Of a stretch of DNA of 64,000 bases, positions 10,368 through 18,874 are shown one piece after another; positions within the stretch are counted from its first letter, which is position 1; each line of letters starts with the position of its first letter. The notes beneath the pieces were generated by a model. It ran no database searches. It was given only the letters and a program-made list of their open reading frames with translations, and had not been told where the DNA came from. Where the stretch lies: contig JAOZOU010000008.1 in NCBI GenBank assembly GCA_029933125.1, positions 5,234 through 69,233 of the forward strand. Direction: 5' to 3'. The DNA is from a bacterium (GTDB lineage: Bacteria > Arandabacterota > Arandabacteria > Arandabacterales > Arandabacteraceae). The position numbers were made by a program, and so were the translations under genes.

Positions 10368-12068
10368 ATGCTAAGGCAGCTTAAGATCCGTAACTACGCC
10401 ATCATCGATGATGTCGAAATCGATTTCACCGAAGGCTTGAATGTCTTTACTGGGGAGACAGGGGCCGGTAAGTCCATCATAGTGGGTGCCTTAAGCCTTG
10501 CCCTAGGTGAGCGGGCAACTGAGGACGTTATACGAAGGGGCGAAGACAGTTGTGTGGTTGAAGCCACTTTTAACCTCAAGCATCCGCTCCATAAGAAGAT
10601 TGGTAGCACAGGGCTATCTCCTGGCGGGGTCTTAAGAATCAAGCGGGAGCTTCGGCGAACTGGGAGATCCAGATGCTGGGTAAATGAACAGCAGGTTCCC
10701 CTCACCCAGTTAAGAGCAATTGGCAACTTTCTGGTCGACTTCCATGGTCAGCACGAGCATCAAAGATTGCTCGAGGTCTCGAGTCACGTTGATTTCCTTG
10801 ATGCATTTGGGGATGTGTCACGCCTTCGCAAGATGCTTGCTGATTTCAGACATGAGGTTGCTGATCTCAGGAAACGAATTGAGCAACGCGAAGCCAAACT
10901 AAGAGAAATAACTCAACATGAACACATTGTAATCCATGACATTGAAGAAATTGAGAAGATGGATCTCAAGCCTGATGAGGATGTTAACCTTGAGGAACAG
11001 ATCCGCCTGCTTGAGCATGGTGAGAAGATAGTTGAGCGTGGAACAAGTGCCCTTTATGACCTCTACGAAGGTGATGCGAGTGCGACCTCAAAGATTGCAA
11101 GTGCAATGGCCTCGCTTGGCGAGATCATAGACTACACTGGTGAATTGGAAGACGTGCAAGCAAATCTTGACCAAGCACATGTCATCGTCAAGGAGGCTGC
11201 ACAAACCCTGCGTGCTGCAATCGCAAGCATTGATCTTGATGCTTCTCACCTTGAAGCCATGAGAGAGCGCCTTATGGCGATAGAGCGCCTTAAGCGTAAA
11301 TATGGCAAGAACCTTGCTCAGCTGCTTGATTACCTTGCGACTTTAAAGGCTGATCTCGGCGGCAAGGCTGATCTTGAAGAAGAGCTAAGGGAACTTAAGA
11401 ATCGCTTGCATGAAAGCGAGCAAAGGCTGGGTGAACTTTGTCTTGAGCTGCGTGAGAAGCGCAAGAGCGCTGCAAAGCGTTTCCAACGCCTTGTCGAAAG
11501 TGAACTCAAGATGCTTGGGATTGAAGGCGTGAGATTTCGGGTTGTTTTTGATGAGGTTGAGAATGGTGACACCATCACCTTGAGAGACGGGAGAATGATA
11601 GGAGTTGGAGAGCACGGTGCAGACTATGTCGAATTCTTCATAAGAACAAACGTAGGCGAGCAGCTTCTGCCCTTGAGAAGAATCGCATCGGGTGGGGAAA
11701 TCTCGAGGGTGATGCTCGCTCTCAAAAAGTTGCTTGCTGGTGCCGATGAAGTTGAAACCCTCATCTTCGATGAGATAGATGCAGGCATTGGTGGAAGCCT
11801 TGCTGAGGTTGTAAGCGAGAAGCTTGGAGAATTGGCAGGAAGGAGTCAGGTGATATGTGTAACCCATCTTGCCCAGATTGCTGCAGCTGCGAGAACGCAT
11901 TTTGCTGTCGAGAAGAAAGTAGAAAAGGGACGCACCCTAACACGTGTGAGGCAGCTTAACGGCAAGGAAAGGGTTTCCGAACTAACTCGTATGATTGGAG
12001 GGCGCAGACCACCGAGGTCTGCAAGAGCTCACGCTGAGAGTATCCTTAGGAGGATGGAAGTCAAATGA
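10368..12068 (+). CDS. recN: DNA repair protein RecN
   Basis: Walker A GETGAGKSI, long coiled-coil middle, signature SGGEISRVMLALK, Walker B LIFDEIDAGIGG. Confidence 0.95.
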   Translation: MLRQLKIRNYAIIDDVEIDFTEGLNVFTGETGAGKSIIVGALSLALGERATEDVIRRGEDSCVVEATFNLKHPLHKKIGSTGLSPGGVLRIKRELRRTGRSRCWVNEQQVPLTQLRAIGNFLVDFHGQHEHQRLLEVSSHVDFLDAFGDVSRLRKMLADFRHEVADLRKRIEQREAKLREITQHEHIVIHDIEEIEKMDLKPDEDVNLEEQIRLLEHGEKIVERGTSALYDLYEGDASATSKIASAMASLGEIIDYTGELEDVQANLDQAHVIVKEAAQTLRAAIASIDLDASHLEAMRERLMAIERLKRKYGKNLAQLLDYLATLKADLGGKADLEEELRELKNRLHESEQRLGELCLELREKRKSAAKRFQRLVESELKMLGIEGVRFRVVFDEVENGDTITLRDGRMIGVGEHGADYVEFFIRTNVGEQLLPLRRIASGGEISRVMLALKKLLAGADEVETLIFDEIDAGIGGSLAEVVSEKLGELAGRSQVICVTHLAQIAAAARTHFAVEKKVEKGRTLTRVRQLNGKERVSELTRMIGGRRPPRSARAHAESILRRMEVK

Positions 12069-13177
12069 GAAGAAACAGATCAAGGGTCTATTTCATCGAC
12101 ATGCGCTCGACGGCAAGCAACAGTCAAGTGGATAGATTTAGGAAGACCCTGCGAAGAGCCGGAATTGCTGACCTTGCTGGCAAGGGTGAACTCCTTGCCA
12201 TAAAAATGCACTTCGGTGAGAGGGGCTGCACATCATATATTCGGCCTATCTACCTGAGGACTATTATAGATGTCGTTACTGAATCAGGTTGTCTTGCCTT
12301 TCTCACTGACACAAACACGCTTTATGTTGGATCACGATCAAACAGTGTTGCCCATATTAGAACAGCGATTGAAAATGGATTCTCCTATGCTTCGATGGGC
12401 ATACCCATTATTATTGCTGACGGTCTAAGAGGGGCTAACTACGAGAGCATCGCCATTGGTGGTGGCTACATGAAGGAAGTCAAGATAGCGAGCGATATCG
12501 TTCATTGTGATGCTCTTCTTGCTGTTACGCACGTGAAGGGCCACGAACTCACCGGTGTCGGAGGAGCGCTTAAGAACATCGGGATGGGATGTGGAAGTCG
12601 TGCTGGCAAGCTCGAAATGCACTCTGGCATGGAGCCTAAAGTCACAGATGCCTGTACGGGGTGCGGCAAGTGTGTCAGATGGTGCCCCGCTGGGGCAATA
12701 AGTATAGAGGCTAAGCATGCTGTTATCGATAGCAAGAAGTGCATAGGATGCGCTGAATGCATCGTTGTCTGCCCAAATGGGGCAATGAGGATAAACTGGA
12801 AGTGGGATGCAAGATATGTTCAAGAGCGCATGGTGGAGTATGCAGCTGGGGTTCTTAAGACAAAGGGTCGAAAGGTTGGTTTCGTGAATTTTGTCATGGA
12901 TATTTCGCCTCAATGTGACTGTTACGGATTTTCAGATGCAAGTATTGTTCCAGATGTCGGAATCCTAGTAAGTAAGGATCCTGTGGCAGTAGATAAGGCA
13001 TCCGTAGATCTTATCAATGCGCAGGTTGGTATCCCTGGGACAGCTTTAGGCTCACGAAGAAAGGGGTCGGACAAGCTTAGGCAGATTCACAAAGAAATCG
13101 ACTGGAGGATACAATTTGAGCATGCCCAGAAGCTCGGTCTTGGTACCGAGAACTACGAGCTGGTAAAGGTCAAATGA
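12065..13177 (+). CDS. DUF362-domain protein with two 4Fe-4S ferredoxin motifs
   Basis: Two CxxCxxCxxxCP motifs (CTGCGKCVRWCP, CIGCAECIVVCP) inserted in a DUF362-like body (KMHFGE..., TDTNTLY). ATGA overlap with recN. Confidence 0.7.
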   Translation: MRRNRSRVYFIDMRSTASNSQVDRFRKTLRRAGIADLAGKGELLAIKMHFGERGCTSYIRPIYLRTIIDVVTESGCLAFLTDTNTLYVGSRSNSVAHIRTAIENGFSYASMGIPIIIADGLRGANYESIAIGGGYMKEVKIASDIVHCDALLAVTHVKGHELTGVGGALKNIGMGCGSRAGKLEMHSGMEPKVTDACTGCGKCVRWCPAGAISIEAKHAVIDSKKCIGCAECIVVCPNGAMRINWKWDARYVQERMVEYAAGVLKTKGRKVGFVNFVMDISPQCDCYGFSDASIVPDVGILVSKDPVAVDKASVDLINAQVGIPGTALGSRRKGSDKLRQIHKEIDWRIQFEHAQKLGLGTENYELVKVK

Positions 13178-13308
13178 TGCAGGTGACACAAGCCGGCTTT
13201 CGACTCTGTCGTGTAGGCAAAGGTGAAATCCCCACCCTGAGAGAAGCCTCCACATGCCAGCGTTGCTAAGCCTCAACCAGGTCTGGCGTTCCAGACCAAG
13301 GAGGTAAA

Positions 13309-13692
13309 ATGGATTTCGAGTACAGAATAGACCCCGAAGCTGGGCTTATCTTTACTCGGTTCGAGGGGAAGTTTGATGTAGCCACCATGATAGCATGCCT
13401 CAAGAGAATCTATGCGGATCCTCAATTCACAACAGGTATGGACAGCTTGAATGATCTTCGTCTTGCCACGATCGATTGGGATTATGACGATGTCGAACGC
13501 TTCAGAACATTTATCCAATCTGTCGAACACATTCGTGGCAAATGTCGCTGGGCATTACTGGTTAAGGGAGGAGCAACATATGTGAGTGCCAGAATTGCCT
13601 CAGTGATTGGAGAAGCTCACGGGATCGGTATAGAGGTTAAGCTGTTTGATAACGATTCTGAAGGTCTGGAGTGGCTGCGTAAGACCACCTGA
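13309..13692 (+). CDS. Hypothetical protein, possibly STAS/SpoIIAA-like fold
   Basis: 127 aa ORF with a strong RBS (AAGGAGG 5 nt upstream of the ATG). No catalytic motifs recognised. The fold assignment is a guess from length and pattern only. Confidence 0.4.
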   Translation: MDFEYRIDPEAGLIFTRFEGKFDVATMIACLKRIYADPQFTTGMDSLNDLRLATIDWDYDDVERFRTFIQSVEHIRGKCRWALLVKGGATYVSARIASVIGEAHGIGIEVKLFDNDSEGLEWLRKTT

Positions 13693-13709
13693 CTTAACCT
13701 CTTGATATG

Positions 13710-13786
13710 TGGTACGCCCGGCGGGATTTGAACCCACGGCCTGTGGCTCCGGAGGCCACCGCTCTATCCAGCTGAGCTACGGGCGC
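13710..13786 (-). tRNA. tRNA-Arg (anticodon CCG), CCA encoded
   Basis: The reverse complement reads GCGCCCGTAGCTCAGCTGGATAGAGCGGTGGCCTCCGGAGCCACAGGCCGTGGGTTCAAATCCCGCCGGGCGTACCA. It folds as a cloverleaf with a 7-bp acceptor stem, anticodon loop CUCCGGA, and T-loop GGTTCAAATCC. Confidence 0.9.
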
Positions 13787-13788
13787 AC

Positions 13789-14979
13789 CTAGAAGCGATA
13801 CGTAAGCGTCAGGAATCCTTTGTCAAGGGTACGTTTTTCCCTATACTCATCCTGAGGGGAAAACCTCTCAAAACAGGAGTGCACCCAGGCCACATCAACG
13901 GCAAGGCTGGACTCGACCAGAGTACCCAGTCCAAAAGTTATGTTTGTGCGATTCTTTTCCGCATCGAAGACATTAAGTGCCAGTGGAACATATGAGTAAC
14001 CACCTCTGAAGCGCAGAGGTAGAATCGGAAGCGTATACTCGACACCGAATCTTAGGTCGGTGGTTGGATCAAAGATGAAATTGCCGCTTTCATCGCGAAT
14101 CCCACCCGGAAAGCCAAGTTGATGCCAATCGGTGTAGATGACATCGACAGCAATTGTGAAGTTGGGTGGCATCAAGCCGATTCCAATCGCCCCTGAAAAT
14201 GGAAGGTCGATGTTATACTTCACCGGTGGATTGTACCTAATGCAGCCGGCATCGGTCCAGACCTCCTCACCTTCAACCGTTATGCGCTGCGGTGTCTTGA
14301 GGGTTAAGCCAACTGAGATAAACCTGCTCACATAAAGCATCCCCAGACTACCACCATAGCCACTGAGATCACCTGTTTGGGAAAAGACAGCGGGTTCGTC
14401 ACAACTTCCCCATGGCCAAAGCTGGTCATGATAGTCAAGATCGCCCGTGAAAAGGTGCCCCTCACCGCCAAGAAAGACATTGGGAGAAACCTGGACTGCA
14501 AACCCACCACTCCAGGCAGTAAGGACAACTTTCTTCTCCTCTATGTCATGATATCCTTGCGCTCCATAACGGTTTAGGTATTGATCAAAGGAAGTTGCTC
14601 TTGTTACAGCACCTGCTGCCACAAGGCTTCCACGATAAGTCGGGAAGGGGTATGAGAATGAAGCATTCTGGAAGCGGGTTGTGCTAACCGAGGATGAGCT
14701 CTTTCGACCAGCCCAGGATGTCTCTATCCTCAGGTTTGCATTGGTCAAAGTTCCCAGAAGTTCAATCCTTCTGATCTTGCCCAATCCAGCGGGGTTATAC
14801 CAGATAGCACTTCCATCGTCGACAATTGCTATACACGCGCCTCCCATCCCAGCCCATCTTGCACCTATCTCCGCGCGTTGGGTAAAGGCAACATCCTTGT
14901 TGGTAGGAGGTGAGCCAGCTTGACCGAATGAAGCTAGGGATGCCACTACCGCTACTACGAGCAAAAGACGGCTCAGCAT
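13789..14979 (-). CDS. Outer-membrane beta-barrel protein, FadL/PorV-like
   Basis: Signal peptide MLSRLLLVVAVVASLASFGQA. N-terminal hatch-like motif GARWAGMGGACIAIVDDGSAIWYNPAGL, comparable to FadL-family GRA..G.GA.ADDA....NPA. Alternating-residue strands and a C-terminal LTLTYRF. Confidence 0.7.
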   Translation of the reverse strand: MLSRLLLVVAVVASLASFGQAGSPPTNKDVAFTQRAEIGARWAGMGGACIAIVDDGSAIWYNPAGLGKIRRIELLGTLTNANLRIETSWAGRKSSSSVSTTRFQNASFSYPFPTYRGSLVAAGAVTRATSFDQYLNRYGAQGYHDIEEKKVVLTAWSGGFAVQVSPNVFLGGEGHLFTGDLDYHDQLWPWGSCDEPAVFSQTGDLSGYGGSLGMLYVSRFISVGLTLKTPQRITVEGEEVWTDAGCIRYNPPVKYNIDLPFSGAIGIGLMPPNFTIAVDVIYTDWHQLGFPGGIRDESGNFIFDPTTDLRFGVEYTLPILPLRFRGGYSYVPLALNVFDAEKNRTNITFGLGTLVESSLAVDVAWVHSCFERFSPQDEYREKRTLDKGFLTLTYRF

Positions 14980-15494
14980 CAGTTTCCCTCTTTAGCTTTC
15001 TCTTTCTTCTTCTTCTTCTTCGGCTGTGATGGTGACTCTGCCTTGGGCCGTTTGCGATTCTGGTAGTAATTTGGCACTGTCGGCTTCTCAGGTGCCTGCT
15101 TGGTATCCTGGCGTATTGACTTGTCCTCTTCACCCTTAGACTTCTTGGGTTTGACCCGAATCGCACCGCCAGGGAGTCCAGGCTCCTGGGGACTTCTCCT
15201 GTCCTCATAATATCTCGGAGCTTCCCACTTGGGTGCCTGGCTGTCGTCCCACCACCAGTAATCATCCCACCACCACGGTCTGCAGTAGTAGGAACGCCAG
15301 TAAGAATAGCGCCAATACCATGTGTCGAGATAGGGAAAGTGCCAGTAATAGTAGTCAGCGCTGTTATGACAATCCGAACAGTGCCGAGGGGACTCTGAGG
15401 TTTCCATTCCTGAGGTTTGGGGATGGACAACAACCGTGTAACAACCAGCCGCAACAATCCCAAGACCTAAGAGCAACAAAAGCCAAGTCTTCAT
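14979..15494 (-). CDS. Predicted lipoprotein with CXXCH motif, Trp/Tyr-rich block and Lys-rich tail (no recognised family)
   Basis: MKTWLLLLLGLGIVAAGC is a signal peptide plus lipobox. CSDCH lies at 15366..15380. 23 of 50 residues are W/Y at 15207..15356. The C-terminus is PKKKKKKEKAKEGN. Its stop overlaps the barrel gene start (TGATG). Start placed at ATG 15494; the ORF is open to GTG 15503. Confidence 0.6.
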   Translation of the reverse strand: MKTWLLLLLGLGIVAAGCYTVVVHPQTSGMETSESPRHCSDCHNSADYYYWHFPYLDTWYWRYSYWRSYYCRPWWWDDYWWWDDSQAPKWEAPRYYEDRRSPQEPGLPGGAIRVKPKKSKGEEDKSIRQDTKQAPEKPTVPNYYQNRKRPKAESPSQPKKKKKKEKAKEGN

Positions 15495-15533
15495 AGGAAT
15501 CACATCCTTCTGTCTAGTCGGCTCTTCCTCTAT

Positions 15534-15563
15534 AATCTATCGGCGCAAAGGTGGTGGTGTCAA
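15534..15563 (-). promoter_or_regulatory. Sigma-70-like promoter candidate (TTGACA-N18-TAGATT) for the lipoprotein/barrel pair
   Basis: The minus strand reads TTGACA CCACCACCTTTGCGCCGA TAGATT. It sits between the oadB stop and the lipoprotein start. Confidence 0.25.
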
Positions 15564-15567
15564 TGGA

Positions 15568-16728
15568 TTAGTGAGGAATCATGGAAAGAAGCACACCGGC
15601 AGCAACAGCTGAACCTATTACACCTGTGACATTCGGACCCATGGCGTGCATAAGCAAAGAGTTCTGAGGATTCGCTCTTTCTCCTTCCCGCTGAACAACG
15701 CGTGCAGCCATCGGTACAGCAGATACGCCTGCTGCCCCGATCAAAGGATTTATCTTGCCACCTGAAAGGCGACACATTAATCTTCCAAGGAGCACACCAG
15801 CTGCTGTTCCGATGCCAAAAGCGACAACACCGAGAACAAGGATACCCAGGGTCTTGGGCGTAAGGAAGCGCGATCCCTCAAGGGTCGCTCCCACAGAGAT
15901 GCCGAGAAAGATTGTTACTATGTTGATAAGTTCATTCTGCGCCGTTTTTGAAAGACGCTCAACCACACCCGACTCCCTCAAAAGGTTACCAAACATAAGC
16001 ATTCCGATGAGGGGTGCTGCAGAAGGAACCAGCAAAGCACATAGGATAGTAACAACGAATGGAAAAAGGATGCGTTCACGCTTGGAGACCTGCCTGAGCT
16101 GTTTCATCACAATTTTGCGTTCGCCAGGAGTTGTTAGCAATCTCATTATTGGTGGCTGAATAATTGGGACAAGAGCCATATAGGAGTAAGCGGCTATCGC
16201 AACAGGTCCAAGCAGGTGGGGAGCCATCTTTGAGGTGAGATAGATAGCGGTCGGCCCATCAGCTCCACCGATTATTGCAATCGAACTTGCTTCCTGAAGT
16301 GTAAAGGAAAGCCCGAGGCAGGGTATCTTACCGAGGGCAAGTGCCCCTAGTAACGTACCAAAGATGCCAAACTGGGCTGCCGCTCCAAGAAGGGTTGTCT
16401 TGGGATTTGCAATCAAAGGACCAAAGTCGGTAAGAGCCCCGATACCGAGGAAGATAAGAAGAGGGAAAAGGCCTGTCTTTATGCCACTATCGTAGATTAC
16501 TCTCAGGATACCACCCTCGTTCATCATACCAACAACAGGCACATTCGTCAGGATGGCTCCGAAGCCAATAGGTATAAGAAGCAAAGGTTCGTAGCGCCGT
16601 TTCACAGCAAGGTAGATGAGCAAGCATCCGATACCTATGACTATGACATTTTGATAGGTAAGATTGGCAACACCGAGGGATTTCCCGAAGCGTGCAATGA
16701 GCTCGCTCAAAGTGTATGTCGGTTCCAT
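15568..16728 (-). CDS. oadB: Sodium ion-translocating decarboxylase beta subunit (oxaloacetate decarboxylase-type)
   Basis: 386-aa polytopic membrane protein typical of the OadB/GcdB/MmdB family. Directly downstream of the alpha subunit gene. Confidence 0.9.
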   Translation of the reverse strand: MEPTYTLSELIARFGKSLGVANLTYQNVIVIGIGCLLIYLAVKRRYEPLLLIPIGFGAILTNVPVVGMMNEGGILRVIYDSGIKTGLFPLLIFLGIGALTDFGPLIANPKTTLLGAAAQFGIFGTLLGALALGKIPCLGLSFTLQEASSIAIIGGADGPTAIYLTSKMAPHLLGPVAIAAYSYMALVPIIQPPIMRLLTTPGERKIVMKQLRQVSKRERILFPFVVTILCALLVPSAAPLIGMLMFGNLLRESGVVERLSKTAQNELINIVTIFLGISVGATLEGSRFLTPKTLGILVLGVVAFGIGTAAGVLLGRLMCRLSGGKINPLIGAAGVSAVPMAARVVQREGERANPQNSLLMHAMGPNVTGVIGSAVAAGVLLSMIPH

Positions 16729-16737
16729 CTTATCCTC

Positions 16738-18516
16738 TCAGGATATGACGACGAGTGGGTCACCATTTTCCACTTTGTCGCCAGGCTTCACAAGGAGGTG
16801 AGCAACGCGGCCCTCGTGAGGGGAAACAACCTTGGTTTCCATCTTCATTGCTTCAAGAACAATTATCTCCTCACCTTGGCTGACTTCATCACCCTCTTGC
16901 TTGAGGATTCTCAGAACATCACCGCTCAAAGGAGCCTTGACAGTTCTTCCGTCAGTCGGGATTGCCTTCTTTGTGGGTGGTTCGTCCGCTCGGGGTTGAA
17001 CAGAAAAGCCCGTAGCATCCTCAATGGAAACTTCATAGGTCTTGCCATTGACGGTTATACGGTAGGTTGCGGGTGTGGGCTCTTGAGGTGCTGGACTGGG
17101 TTTCTGGGCTTTGGCTGGCGCAGGTTTGGCAGGCTCAGGTTTCTTCATGCCATCTCTTATTTGAATAAATTCGAGCCCGACCTCAGGGAAAAGCGCATAG
17201 GTTACAACATCCTCATCGGATCTAGGTTGCATTCCCAGCTTCTCAGCAAGCTCTCGCCTGTCCTTTTCGAGCTCCGGTTCAATATAATCTGCAGGCCTTT
17301 TGGTTATAGGCTGCTGTCCTGTCTCGGCAACCACTCTTTCAACCAAATCCTTGCGAATCTCGCCCGGGGCTTTACCGTACTTGCCGAGGATGTAATTCTT
17401 TGTGTGTTCAGTTAGAACCTTGTATCGCTCTCCCTGAAGCACATTTATCACAGCTTGAGTTCCAACCACCTGACTGCTCGGCGTCACAAGCGGTGGGTAG
17501 CCAAGGTCAGCTCTTACCTTAACCACTTCGTCAAGGACCTCATCATAGCGATCCATTGCATTCTGACTGCGTAGCTGGCTTGCAAGATTGGACAGCATGC
17601 CCCCAGGGATCTGGGCTGAGAGAATCCGGGCATCGACACCCGGGAGCCCGCTTTCATATTCGGAGAGTTGGGCTCGAACCTGCTTGAAGTGATCAGCTAT
17701 CTCAATCAGTAGATCGAGATCAAGACCCGTATCGTATGGTGTATTCCTTAGAGCCGCCACAAGACTCTCAGTTGCAGGCTGAGATGTTCCAAGGGCAAGA
17801 GGTGAGAGTGCTGTATCAATAATGGCTGCTCCTGCTTCGATACCTTTGAGATAGCTCATCTCGCTGAGCCCTGTAGTTGCATGGCAATGGAGATGGATGG
17901 GAATACTTATCTTCCTCTTGAGAGCGGAAACCAGCTCAAGGGCAACATAAGGAGTAAGAAGACCAGCCATATCCTTGATGCAGAGAGTATCAGCGCCCAT
18001 CTCCTCGAGCTGCTGTGCCATCTCAACGTAGAGATCAAGGGTATGAACAGGGCTCGTTGTGTATGATATGCAGCCCTCAGCATGTTTGCCAGCCTTCTTG
18101 GTAGCCCTCATAGCCGTACGCAGATTGCGGACATCGTTGAGGGCATCGAAGATTCGAAAAACGTCAATGCCTGCATTTGCAGCAAGCTCAACAAACTTCT
18201 CAACGAGATCATCAGCATAGTGGCGATAGCCAACAACGTTTTGTCCTCTGAGTAGCATCTGAAGTCGCGTGTTGGGGATAGCCTTTCGCAGCTGACGAAC
18301 CCGGTCCCAGGGATCTTCTCGCAGGAAGCGTATGCAGGAGTCGAAAGTAGCGCCTCCCCACATCTCAAGGGAAAAGTAGCCCACCTTATCGAGCTTGCTC
18401 GCAACCGGAAGCATGTATTTTGTTGGCATCCTTGTTGCGAGGAGCGACTGGTGAGCATCTCTCAGGATGGTGTCAGTTATCATAACCGTCTGCTTGTCCT
18501 GGTTCACCAAGATCAA
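16738..18516 (-). CDS. oadA: Oxaloacetate decarboxylase alpha subunit / carboxyltransferase with C-terminal biotinyl domain
   Basis: ITDTILRDAHQSL pyruvate-carboxyltransferase TIM barrel, HLHCHATTG, Pro/Ala linker, and biotinylation motif EAMKMET. The start could also be the internal Met 11 codons downstream. Confidence 0.9.
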   Translation of the reverse strand: MILVNQDKQTVMITDTILRDAHQSLLATRMPTKYMLPVASKLDKVGYFSLEMWGGATFDSCIRFLREDPWDRVRQLRKAIPNTRLQMLLRGQNVVGYRHYADDLVEKFVELAANAGIDVFRIFDALNDVRNLRTAMRATKKAGKHAEGCISYTTSPVHTLDLYVEMAQQLEEMGADTLCIKDMAGLLTPYVALELVSALKRKISIPIHLHCHATTGLSEMSYLKGIEAGAAIIDTALSPLALGTSQPATESLVAALRNTPYDTGLDLDLLIEIADHFKQVRAQLSEYESGLPGVDARILSAQIPGGMLSNLASQLRSQNAMDRYDEVLDEVVKVRADLGYPPLVTPSSQVVGTQAVINVLQGERYKVLTEHTKNYILGKYGKAPGEIRKDLVERVVAETGQQPITKRPADYIEPELEKDRRELAEKLGMQPRSDEDVVTYALFPEVGLEFIQIRDGMKKPEPAKPAPAKAQKPSPAPQEPTPATYRITVNGKTYEVSIEDATGFSVQPRADEPPTKKAIPTDGRTVKAPLSGDVLRILKQEGDEVSQGEEIIVLEAMKMETKVVSPHEGRVAHLLVKPGDKVENGDPLVVIS

Positions 18517-18725
18517 TCTCTCCTTTCCTCATGTTTTGAGCGTTTGCGATGTGCATGCAAGGCTGCACCAATGACCGCCACAACCTCAGCAAATGAGGAC
18601 TCTTCGTGTGGAAGCTCGCCTGCAAAGCGCGCGAGGAAGCTAATTGCCACAGCGAGCAGGGCAATGAAAGCAAAGACGATACTCATGCCCAGAATTGTTA
18701 TTGAAAGACCAGCTTGCATTCTCAC
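18513..18725 (-). CDS. oadG: Decarboxylase gamma subunit (OadG family)
   Basis: 70 aa with a single N-terminal TM helix (GLSITILGMSIVFAFIALLAVAI). ATGA-type overlap with oadA. Start is GTG 18725 or ATG 18719. Confidence 0.6.
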   Translation of the reverse strand: MRMQAGLSITILGMSIVFAFIALLAVAISFLARFAGELPHEESSFAEVVAVIGAALHAHRKRSKHEERRD

Positions 18726-18745
18726 CCCAGTTTTTCCAGCTATTT

Positions 18746-18774
18746 AGTTTATCCGTGTCCCGAAGATGTGTCAA
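18746..18774 (-). promoter_or_regulatory. Sigma-70-like promoter candidate (TTGACA-N17-TAAACT) for oadGAB
   Basis: The minus strand reads TTGACA CATCTTCGGGACACGGA TAAACT. It lies ~20 nt upstream of the oadG start. Confidence 0.3.
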
Positions 18775-18874
18775 TGTTTTTCGAAGTTTTGGTTGCAACA
18801 CCACGATATGCAAAATATGCTCTTCGCTGAAGGAGGATGCCTTGAGATCGAGAGACTTGTCTTTTTCCTTTGTA

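Noticed and set aside
13693-13800. tRNA-Arg as a possible genomic-island integration site.
   Set aside because: No integrase, direct repeat of the tRNA 3' end, or mobility gene is found on either side. The flanking genes are contiguous with the surrounding operons.
15003-15021. (CTT)n / (AAG)n trinucleotide run encoding the KKKKKK tail, considered as a phase-variation tract.
   Set aside because: Slippage of a triplet repeat keeps the reading frame, so it cannot act as an on/off switch. It only varies the poly-Lys length.
14795-15463. A 222-aa ORF on the minus strand in an alternative frame, overlapping both the Trp-rich lipoprotein gene and the barrel gene start.
   Set aside because: It has no signal peptide, RBS or motifs, and it is Arg/Ser/Thr-rich as expected for an off-frame read. 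The 171-aa frame has a textbook lipoprotein leader and stop-start coupling to the barrel gene.
16651-17415. Other long antisense ORFs: 254 aa opposite oadA; also 27032..27757 (241 aa) opposite accC, 2331..3008 (225 aa) opposite rny, 50844..51503 opposite lpxA, 48935..49573 opposite lpxD, and 36313..36930 opposite polA/coaE.
   Set aside because: All lie inside strongly supported conserved genes. None has motifs or plausible starts, and their composition is typical of reverse-complement reading of coding DNA.
18695-18874. A 60-codon N-terminal extension of the 18695..19528 ORF.
   Set aside because: The extension overlaps the oadG start and the divergent promoter region, and it is Cys/Phe/Ser-rich nonsense. 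The internal ATG at 18875 gives a canonical lipoprotein signal (LHLAGC).
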